A stretch of 64,000 bases of DNA from Pseudomonadota bacterium (GTDB lineage: Bacteria > Bdellovibrionota > UBA1018 > CAIMNF01), in assembly GCA_027488515.1 (NCBI GenBank), contig JAIYBN010000005.1, positions 186,225 to 250,224 on the forward strand, given 5' to 3'. Under the pieces are notes generated by a model. That model did not search any database. It worked only from the letters and a program-made list of their open reading frames with translations, and had not been told where the DNA came from. Of this stretch, positions 20,269-28,109 are shown piece by piece. The position numbers and the translations under genes were made by a program. How positions within the stretch are numbered: the stretch's first letter is position 1; each line of letters opens with the position of its first letter.

Positions 20269-21443
20269 AGCGGCGCCTCGATGAGATGGGCTGGAAGCTC
20301 GATGCCACTCAGATCAAGACCGGCAGACTCCGACTCCATCACCGACTCGGCATACGCATCGACATCGACCGCCTCATACTGGAAATGCCGGGCGATCCGC
20401 TCGAGAGTCTCGGAGAATCCGAGAGCGTCGTTGAGCAGGATGAAGTCGGGGTTCGTGGTGGTCTCGCGGATGGTCCCGCCGGAAAGCAAGCTTCCCGACT
20501 CGAAACGGACCTGCTCACGATCGACGGTGGCCATGAATTCCTTCTTCCCTTCCGGGAGGAACTCCGGGCTGTCGAAAGCGCGGTTCAGCGCCTGCTTGAG
20601 CTTCCGGAGCTTTTTCATGATCTCGTGATTGTCTTCGCACTCCGAAGGCTGGAGAAAAACGGTCCAGACGGAGCGATCAGCGGAGAGGAACCCACCGAGC
20701 ACATTCCGATCGAAGGTCTCACCGGCATCCCGATTCAGTGGCACAACCAGTCCGGAACGGATTTCCTGTTTGAGCGGGGTTGAATGATGAAACACCACTT
20801 GGAGGGCGCTCATGCGATCGCCCGATTTCAAAGCTCCGAGTTGGTGCTTGAACACCGTGAGGAGTTTGGGGATCGACTTCAGGCTCGCAAGATCGTCACA
20901 AAAATAAAGCTGTTTGAATTCGGAGATCAGACCGTTCGCCAACTGGATCTTCCCTCCGCGATCGAGAATTTCAAGCTCCACCACCGGGGCATGCCCGATC
21001 CGGGTGATGCGAGGATCGTTCTCCAGGGACTCTCGCAGGCCTTCCTCGACTTGCGCCGGATGGAGGTCCTTCATGGCCAACTCGTGCGAAGCGACCCAGG
21101 ACTGCTCGGGAGCCCAGGTTTCCTTCAGAAACGCTTCCTCGCGAGCCACCGGATCCGAGAGACGTTTCCAGACCGGAAGTTTGAATGCCTTGTTCCGGAA
21201 AACCCGGTGACAAATCCCTTGCTCGATGGCCGGATTGGCACCCGGATCGTCCTGCAGGGAGGAACGTCCCTCCATCAAGGTTGCCAGAGCCAACGGACTT
21301 TTAACGCTCGGCATCACAGGGAGCAGTCTCGCTCCTGAGCCGGCTATCCAGAGAATTTTTTCGTTTCTTTTCAAGAGCTCCTGAAGCAGGAAAATGGAAG
21401 CGGAGCCTTCGCCAAAGAGGATCACAGGTGCTGATTCGTTCAT
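20241..21443 (-). CDS. Hypothetical protein with divergent Rossmann-like N-terminus
   Basis: 400-aa open frame with plausible composition. VILFGEGSASIFLLQEL resembles a degenerate beta-alpha-beta GxGxxG motif. Confidence 0.65.
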   Translation of the reverse strand: MNESAPVILFGEGSASIFLLQELLKRNEKILWIAGSGARLLPVMPSVKSPLALATLMEGRSSLQDDPGANPAIEQGICHRVFRNKAFKLPVWKRLSDPVAREEAFLKETWAPEQSWVASHELAMKDLHPAQVEEGLRESLENDPRITRIGHAPVVELEILDRGGKIQLANGLISEFKQLYFCDDLASLKSIPKLLTVFKHQLGALKSGDRMSALQVVFHHSTPLKQEIRSGLVVPLNRDAGETFDRNVLGGFLSADRSVWTVFLQPSECEDNHEIMKKLRKLKQALNRAFDSPEFLPEGKKEFMATVDREQVRFESGSLLSGGTIRETTTNPDFILLNDALGFSETLERIARHFQYEAVDVDAYAESVMESESAGLDLSGIELPAHLIEAPLQDGPVAQV

Positions 21444-21584
21444 GTTTTACCCCCTGCGTCCATTAGAACGAGTTTGATCGACTCCGTCCAGTAAAAATTT
21501 TGACACCCACCAGTTAACTCTTTGCGTCACCGGTCTTGATGGCGGCGCTTGCCAAGGTTCGAACTTCAAGGGATAAGGACCCCC

Positions 21585-22877
21585 ATGAAGCCAGCTTGGT
21601 CAGCCCTGATCTTCCTCCTGCTCTGGTCGATCCCTACCCACGCACAAATGTCGGAAAGGCAGTATGCGCGATCCCTGAGGGGCGTCTTGTCGAACGTTCT
21701 CGAGAACGGCGCCCTCCTCGCCTCTCCCTCGGGCCAGGAACCGAATTACCGCTTTCATTGGGTTCGGGATTCAGCCCTCACTTGGAAGGCCTTATTGGGG
21801 GTGGTGAACGCCTCAGACACTCCTTCCGATGTCAGAGCGAACATTCTCGCAAACGCCGAGAACTGGGTGAGTTTCGAAACCAGACTTCAAGCGACTCCGA
21901 AATTGACCGGGCTCGGAGAGCCTCGCTTCGAACTGGACGGCAGGGCGAACTTCGATCCTTGGGGACGACCCCAGAACGACGGTCCTGCACTCCGGGCTTT
22001 GGCCATGATGGATCTCGCGACTCTTTGGATGGACGCCGGAAGGACCATCGATGTCGAAACGAAGCTCTACGGTGGCCGACTTCCGGCCCGTGGGTTGATC
22101 AAACAAGACCTCGAGTTTGTCGCGCATCACTGGAACGATCAGAGCTTCGATCTGTGGGAAGAAGAGAAAGGGCTTCATTTCTACACCCTTCAAGCCCAGA
22201 AGACCGCCCTGGAAAAAGGCGCGGTACTCGCGCTCCGCCTGGGGGATCCGGGTGCTGCCTCGTTTTACCTGGAGCAAGCTGGAAAAATCGGTGCGGTGCT
22301 GAAGCGATTCGTTTCGCTCGACGGCAAGCTTCTCAGTTACGCCATCGAAAGAAGCTCGCCCCTGGCACACAAGAACAGTCCGCTCGACATTGCCGTGATC
22401 CTCTCGGCCATCCAGACTTGGGACCGGGGCTTCCGGGTGCCCCTCCGCGCAGCCTACGGCACACTGTTGGAGCTCACCGCCGATGCCGGGAGACGTTACC
22501 GCATCAACTCTGTCCGGACAGACGGCCGGGGGATCGGACTGGGGGTGGCCTTGGGTCGCTACCCCGAAGACATCTATACGGGCACCGGCTTCGGTGAAGC
22601 GAACCCCTGGTTCCTCTCGACACTGGCTGCGGCTGAATTCCTCTGCCGCTTGTCGGCTGAACCCGCTTTTGCCCGCTCACGCACGAACCTGCTCGAGCTC
22701 GCTGACCGCCAGTTCGCCCGGGTTCACCATCACATGCTTCCGGACGGAGGATTGCCCGAGCAATTCGACCGCAACAACGGGTATGTCCGAGGCGCCCGGG
22801 ACCTGACCTGGAGTTACGCGTCTTATCTCACTGCGTATCGGGCTTGCCTCGAGGTCGGAAGTACACCCGCTCCTTGA
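21585..22877 (+). CDS. Secreted glucoamylase, glycoside hydrolase family 15
   Basis: Signal peptide MKPAWSALIF...THA, YRFHWVRDSAL, WGRPQNDGPALRA, FDLWEE, GRYPEDIY, NPWFLSTLA, LPEQFD and DLTWSYAS. Confidence 0.92.
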   Translation: MKPAWSALIFLLLWSIPTHAQMSERQYARSLRGVLSNVLENGALLASPSGQEPNYRFHWVRDSALTWKALLGVVNASDTPSDVRANILANAENWVSFETRLQATPKLTGLGEPRFELDGRANFDPWGRPQNDGPALRALAMMDLATLWMDAGRTIDVETKLYGGRLPARGLIKQDLEFVAHHWNDQSFDLWEEEKGLHFYTLQAQKTALEKGAVLALRLGDPGAASFYLEQAGKIGAVLKRFVSLDGKLLSYAIERSSPLAHKNSPLDIAVILSAIQTWDRGFRVPLRAAYGTLLELTADAGRRYRINSVRTDGRGIGLGVALGRYPEDIYTGTGFGEANPWFLSTLAAAEFLCRLSAEPAFARSRTNLLELADRQFARVHHHMLPDGGLPEQFDRNNGYVRGARDLTWSYASYLTAYRACLEVGSTPAP

Positions 22878-24021
22878 TCCCTTCGGGGAGAAGGCTTTTG
22901 GCATGGCCCTGATGGAGTAGCGCCTGGGGAATCGGCAGTGCTCCCGTCTCTCTGACTTCAAGGATCGCCGCTTCGATCGCTTCGTACACACCCCGGTCTT
23001 TACGGGCCAGCGCAAGCGAGATCGCCGCATGGGCGAGATTGATCCTCGCCTCGGGAAGACCCACCGTCTCGAGCGCTTCTTTCGCAGCCACAGCCATGAG
23101 CAAGCCTCTGGGTTCGGCGTTTCCGACATCCTCACTCGCGAAGATGATCATCCTTCGCGCGATGAACATCGGATCCTCACCCCCCTCGAGCATCCTCGCC
23201 AGGTAATATACCGCCGCATCGGGGTCGGAGGCCCGCATCGATTTGATGAAGGCTGAGATCGTGTTGTAATGGGAATCGGAAGCTTTGTCGTAGGGAATGA
23301 TACGCCCCCCGCTTCCCTCCAGCACTTCCCGGACCGTTGCAGCCGTGAAAAGTTCGGATTCCGGATGGAGCAACACCACGGACTCGAGCAGGGTCAACAA
23401 CCGGCGTGCGTCCCCTTCGGACTGCCCGATGAGCAATTCACGCGCCTCGGGTTCGAAGCGGATCCTGCCCCCGAACCCGCGCTCTTCGCGGAGGGCCCGA
23501 TCCAACACCCGTTCCAGATCGGAAGAGGAGAATCTCTCGAGCCGGACGACCCGGAGTCTCGATAAGAGCGCCGAATTGACTTCGAATGAAGGATTTTCCG
23601 TGGTCGCTCCGATCAGGGTGAACACGCCACTCTCGACGTGGGGGAGCAGACTGTCCTGCTGGGACTTGTTGAGGCGATGAATTTCATCGAAGAACAGAAC
23701 GGTTTTCCGTCCGAGCTGACGGAAGCCCCGGGCGCGTTCCGCCGCATCTTTGATGTCTTTCACCCCCGAGCTGACCGCACTCAATTGGATGAAAGCCTCA
23801 CCGAGAGATTCTGCGATCAGGATGGCCAGGGTGGTCTTACCGACACCGGGAGGGCCCCAAAGCAAGATCGAAGGGAACTTTCCGCTCTTGAGCCAGCGCC
23901 GGACCGCACCTTGCTCTCCGAGCACCCGTTCATGGCCGACCCATTCCTCGAGAGTCTTCGGTCTCAATCGGTGGGCCAAGGGCTCCGTGTCGGGAGCCCG
24001 GGCCGACTCGAACAGGTCCAT
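22828..24021 (-). CDS. rarA: Replication-associated recombination protein A (MgsA/RarA)
   Basis: LWGPPGVGKTT, DEIHRLNKSQQD, GATTENPSF, GDARR, SAFIKSMRASD and ASEDVG. The C-terminal domain is shortened. Confidence 0.93.
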   Translation of the reverse strand: MDLFESARAPDTEPLAHRLRPKTLEEWVGHERVLGEQGAVRRWLKSGKFPSILLWGPPGVGKTTLAILIAESLGEAFIQLSAVSSGVKDIKDAAERARGFRQLGRKTVLFFDEIHRLNKSQQDSLLPHVESGVFTLIGATTENPSFEVNSALLSRLRVVRLERFSSSDLERVLDRALREERGFGGRIRFEPEARELLIGQSEGDARRLLTLLESVVLLHPESELFTAATVREVLEGSGGRIIPYDKASDSHYNTISAFIKSMRASDPDAAVYYLARMLEGGEDPMFIARRMIIFASEDVGNAEPRGLLMAVAAKEALETVGLPEARINLAHAAISLALARKDRGVYEAIEAAILEVRETGALPIPQALLHQGHAKSLLPEGIKERVYFRPRGKPDTQ

Positions 24022-24024
24022 CGA

Positions 24025-25617
24025 TCAGAGCCGGCTGTGACGGCGGTTGGACTCGACGCGAGCCTCGCTGGTCGGACCGCTCTTCATCCGCTTCCGGTTG
24101 CGAAAGCGACGGGAGCGGTTCTTTTTCGGATAAACCGGATCGAGCAATTCGAGGGTCTTCAAGGACGCGAGGGACCGGACAAAATCACTGGGGATCGGCA
24201 ATTCCACCAATGTTCCGGGCATGAAGGACACGTTCTGCCCCTTGATTTCGTTCATGTCGATCAGAGGATCGGCACTGATGCCGAAACGCTTGGCCACCTT
24301 CTTCGGTGTGTCACCCTTCCGGGCCTTGTAGACGAGGAAGGTCACGTCTTTTTGAAACCCGTTGTCGAAATACTTTTTGATGAAGATTTCTTTGTGGCTG
24401 AGGGGCATCCGGACCCGGTAGGTCTTGGTGTCCGGAGGAGTGACCCAGCGGGAAAGTTCAGGGTTCATGGATTTGAATTCCATGTACGTGAGTCCGGCGG
24501 CAGAGGCCACCTTGAACAGATCCGCAGGAGAGGGAACCTCGACTTCGGTGAGGATGTCGCCGTTCACCTCACCCTTCACATTCACGTGGGGAGTGCGTAC
24601 CGGGTTCGACATCGACCGGAGCATGGACTCCATCGAGTCGGGAGCCAGCTGAGCTGCCTCGTCAGCGTCCATCGGCGAATCGCGGGTCAACTCCACCAGG
24701 TTGTCCGGAGTTGCAGGAGAAGCCCCTTCCGCTTTGTCGGAATCCAACTGGTCCGGAAGGCGTCCGATTTCATCTTTTTCTTCGGCTTTGGCCGCCACCA
24801 CTGCGGCGTTCACACTCCGCAAAGCGGTGTAGTTCTCGGCGAAACCGAAAAACTTCCGGTTTTTGCAGATGATCGCGGCGGCGAAGAGCTTCGGAACGTA
24901 GTTCTTGGTCTCGGGCTTCAGGTACTTGCGCTTTTTATCGGAGAGCTCCCAGAAATCGCGGGTCTTGTACTTCCCGATCGCACGTTGGATCTTGGCCTCA
25001 CCCGCATTGTAGGCGGCTGCGGCGAGGTGCCAGCTACCGAACATCACATTGAGTTCCTTCAGGTACTGGATCGCGGCGATGGTCGACTTTTCGACATCCC
25101 GGCGCTCATCCACCCACCAGTTCACATCGAGGCCGTAACGGCGTCCGGTCGCAGGGATGAACTGCCAAGCCCCCACGGCACGGGCGTTGGAGCGGGCGTT
25201 GTTGTTGAATCCACTCTCGATCATCGCCAGATAAACCAGGTCTTCCGGTGCTTTGGCGTTGCGAAGGATGGGCTTCAGGAAGGGAATGAAATACTCCGAG
25301 CGTTCGAGGTATTTTTCGAAATGCCCACGGCCCTTGCCGGTGAAATAGTCGATCCATTTTTCGACCGTTTTGTTCATTTCAACAGGAAGATCGAAACGGG
25401 TCACCGGAACGGCGTTTCCGCGGTACTCGAGTTTGAATTCAACCGACTCGGGAGTCTCGTTCGACCAGGTCACGGTCTCGGTCTCATCGGTCGTGCCGAC
25501 GCCCGTGGAGGTGCCTGATTTGAAAAAGTTACCACTCAGTGTTCCCGCGCAGCCCGAGAGGTTCAGAACCATGAAAAAAGAGAATCCGAGGGCCAGAAAG
25601 CGAGAATGTCCGTTCAC
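24025..25617 (-). CDS. Membrane-bound lytic murein transglycosylase, MltD-like (SLT + LysM)
   Basis: Lipobox LSGC, LAMIESG (catalytic Glu), AVGAWQFI, AAAYNAGE, ETKNYVPK and LysM-like YKARKGDT. GTG 25617 chosen for its upstream GGGAG; ATG 25641 is an alternative start. Confidence 0.88.
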   Translation of the reverse strand: MNGHSRFLALGFSFFMVLNLSGCAGTLSGNFFKSGTSTGVGTTDETETVTWSNETPESVEFKLEYRGNAVPVTRFDLPVEMNKTVEKWIDYFTGKGRGHFEKYLERSEYFIPFLKPILRNAKAPEDLVYLAMIESGFNNNARSNARAVGAWQFIPATGRRYGLDVNWWVDERRDVEKSTIAAIQYLKELNVMFGSWHLAAAAYNAGEAKIQRAIGKYKTRDFWELSDKKRKYLKPETKNYVPKLFAAAIICKNRKFFGFAENYTALRSVNAAVVAAKAEEKDEIGRLPDQLDSDKAEGASPATPDNLVELTRDSPMDADEAAQLAPDSMESMLRSMSNPVRTPHVNVKGEVNGDILTEVEVPSPADLFKVASAAGLTYMEFKSMNPELSRWVTPPDTKTYRVRMPLSHKEIFIKKYFDNGFQKDVTFLVYKARKGDTPKKVAKRFGISADPLIDMNEIKGQNVSFMPGTLVELPIPSDFVRSLASLKTLELLDPVYPKKNRSRRFRNRKRMKSGPTSEARVESNRRHSRL

Positions 25618-25744
25618 AATGCAACTCCCATGGGTTTCCATCCTGGAGGTCAGGAGGGTGCCAAACCAGTGTAACCAGAAGCACCGGATCTTTGCCACCC
25701 GGAAATCCCGGAGTGGTCCGGTGCCAAAAAACCGACACCTCCGC

Positions 25745-26212
25745 TCAATGCAGAAGGTCAGGATTGAAACGTTTCAGGAAATCGACGATGGTTTTTTCAA
25801 GCTCCTCGTCGGACGGGAAGACCTCTTCCACCTGGGTGTGGGTCATGAGGAACCGGGCGATTTCCTGGGCCACCACCTTGACCGGTCTCTGGTAATAAAG
25901 CCCGGCCACCGCGTTTTCACCGAACTTGGCCATCAGAACCGATTTGGCCGCCTTGAATTGATCGTTCTCGGTTTGACCTGACTCACCCAACTGCTCGGCT
26001 TTTTGTCCGAGTTCGACGAGAATCTTCTCGCGAATGTCCTCATCGGTCAGAACCAGCGCCTCGAGCTTCAGGAAGAGGTCCTGGTAAACCATCTGCCGTG
26101 TCCTGGGATTGAGAGCGATCGCCTGATCCTGCTCCAATCTGCTCACAGCGTTTTTGGCCAGTGCCTTCAGGTGGTCTTTTTTGGTGAACATCAGCGTTTT
26201 CCTCGGCTCCAT
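25745..26212 (-). CDS. Hypothetical protein (possibly DUF507-like)
   Basis: 155-aa helical ORF overlapping the murJ stop, in operon order. The family guess is weak. Confidence 0.65.
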   Translation of the reverse strand: MEPRKTLMFTKKDHLKALAKNAVSRLEQDQAIALNPRTRQMVYQDLFLKLEALVLTDEDIREKILVELGQKAEQLGESGQTENDQFKAAKSVLMAKFGENAVAGLYYQRPVKVVAQEIARFLMTHTQVEEVFPSDEELEKTIVDFLKRFNPDLLH

Positions 26213-27804
26213 CTTCTCTTGAAGAGTTCGAGCAGTTCAAGGGTTTCTTCGATCCGGGTCAAAATACTGATCCCCACATACACGCCCACACCGACCGCCA
26301 CCCCGAGTGCGACCCGCACAGCCCGGAACCACGCCGGATTTGAAGGAAACCGGGGGGCGACCCAGTATCGATCCAATGCCCAGACCGAAACTCCCATGAT
26401 CAATGCCGCAACCAGACATTTGAGTGCCGATCCGGCCAAATCCGAACCGGGGACCTGCACTCCCCTGCTCCGAAGCCGACGCCCGATCCAAAACCAGAGC
26501 AAACCCGCATTCAGTAAAGCCGTGAGAGAAGTCCCCAGGGCCAACCCGGTGAACCCGAAACTCCCCACGAGCAGGAAATTGGTCAAGAGGTTAACACCGA
26601 CCGAGAAAAAACTCGAAATCACCGCGATCCGGGTTTCCCCCATGGAGTAACAGACAGGAACCAGGACTTTCACCACGGAATATGCGGTCAGCCCGACTGA
26701 ATAGGCGGCCAAGGCACGAGCCGTGTTCAGCGTGTCGATCGGTGAGAACCTGCCGTGCTCGAAGATGAGGGACAAAATAGGAACTCCGAGAAACGCAAGG
26801 CCCGCTGAAGCAGGAAAATTCACCGCGAAGACCCGACGGATCGACTTACGAAGCACCTCGACCGCTTGATCGGGCTCCCGCGCCGACCAGTGCCGGCTGA
26901 ATGCGGGAAGCGTGGCCGAGGCGAGCGACACTCCGAACACCCCGATCGGGAACTGCATGAGCCGGAATGAATAATTGAGCCAGGAAACCGCGCCTTCGCC
27001 CACCGAGGTTGCAAAAACGCTGTTCACAAGAATGTTGATCTGGGTCGCGGCGAGCCCGACCGTGCCGGGGATCATGAGGCCCATCATCCGGATGAGGGCC
27101 GGATCACGGAATGCGGTCGAATCGAGCGGTTGCGACCATTGCGGACGGTAGCCCACCCGCAACAGGACCGGCCACTGGATCAAAGCCTGGACGAATCCAC
27201 CGGCGACCACCCCCCAAGCCATGCCTTCGATGGGGTGCTCGAAAAATCCGGCGAGCACCACACCCGTCAGAATGGAGACCACATTGAACAGGGCTGAGGC
27301 GAACGAAGGGATGAAGAACTTCCCTGCTGCATTCAGGATGGCCATGAAAGCCGCCGCGAGCGCGACCAACGGAAAAAACGGCATCATGATCCGGGTCATG
27401 GTGACCGTCAGTTCGTACTTCCCGGGAATGTTCCGGAAGGCGCCGGCATACAAGTCGACGAGGCGCTCGGCGAACAGGATCCCGAGAACGGAAATCACCG
27501 AAACCGTCGCGAACAGGACACCGAACACCCGGGTGGCGACCTGCCATCCCCTGGCTTCTCCCTCTTCTTTTTGAACCCGGATGAAGGTCGGAACCAAGGC
27601 CGCACTCATCGCACCCTCGGCAAAGAGGTCCCGCAAGAGATTGGGAATCCGGAATGCGATCTGATAGGCGTCTGTCGCGGTCGAAGCACCGAACATCGCG
27701 GCGAAGACCTGCTCACGCACCAAACCGAGGATCCGGCTCAGAAAGACGGCGATCCCCATCGCTCCGGCGGACTTCAGCACGGAGGATCCGGACTTTTCAG
27801 ACAT
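26191..27804 (-). CDS. murJ: Lipid II flippase MurJ (MviN)
   Basis: SRILGLVREQ, DAYQIAFRIPNLLRDLFAEGA, YSFRLMQFPIGVFG and about 14 TM segments. Confidence 0.96.
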   Translation of the reverse strand: MSEKSGSSVLKSAGAMGIAVFLSRILGLVREQVFAAMFGASTATDAYQIAFRIPNLLRDLFAEGAMSAALVPTFIRVQKEEGEARGWQVATRVFGVLFATVSVISVLGILFAERLVDLYAGAFRNIPGKYELTVTMTRIMMPFFPLVALAAAFMAILNAAGKFFIPSFASALFNVVSILTGVVLAGFFEHPIEGMAWGVVAGGFVQALIQWPVLLRVGYRPQWSQPLDSTAFRDPALIRMMGLMIPGTVGLAATQINILVNSVFATSVGEGAVSWLNYSFRLMQFPIGVFGVSLASATLPAFSRHWSAREPDQAVEVLRKSIRRVFAVNFPASAGLAFLGVPILSLIFEHGRFSPIDTLNTARALAAYSVGLTAYSVVKVLVPVCYSMGETRIAVISSFFSVGVNLLTNFLLVGSFGFTGLALGTSLTALLNAGLLWFWIGRRLRSRGVQVPGSDLAGSALKCLVAALIMGVSVWALDRYWVAPRFPSNPAWFRAVRVALGVAVGVGVYVGISILTRIEETLELLELFKRRWSRGKR

Positions 27805-28093
27805 GGAAGGTCTTGTTCAGCCAGCGTGTCACGCCTTCTTCGATCTTGCCCTTGAAGGCCGAGGCGAGGAAGCTCAGTGAAACTTCGACCGACAACTCAC
27901 CCTCGGTTGCGATGAGTGTCCCGCTGGCCATCGAGGATTTGAAGGTGACTTTTTTCGAGGTGTCTTCGCGAGAGACCTCCACGGTCCCGAGAGGGGTCTT
28001 GCTCAGGAAACGGTCGATATCGGTCGATATCGCCTGATAAATGACATCGGAGGACTTTCCTGGAATCGTGAATTTTTTCGAGAAACTTGCCAT
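27797..28093 (-). CDS. Small protein resembling the 'polyhydroxyalkanoic acid system' (PHA_gran_rgn) family
   Basis: 98 aa ending VEVSLSFLASAFKGKIEEGVTRWL, similar to the family C-terminus as I recall it. Overlaps the murJ start. Confidence 0.6.
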   Translation of the reverse strand: MASFSKKFTIPGKSSDVIYQAISTDIDRFLSKTPLGTVEVSREDTSKKVTFKSSMASGTLIATEGELSVEVSLSFLASAFKGKIEEGVTRWLNKTFHV

Positions 28094-28109
28094 CAGACTC
28101 TCCTCACTT

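Noticed and set aside
23638-25518. 626-aa plus-strand ORF
   Set aside because: It is the antisense shadow of rarA and the transglycosylase gene; long antisense frames are common at this GC content.
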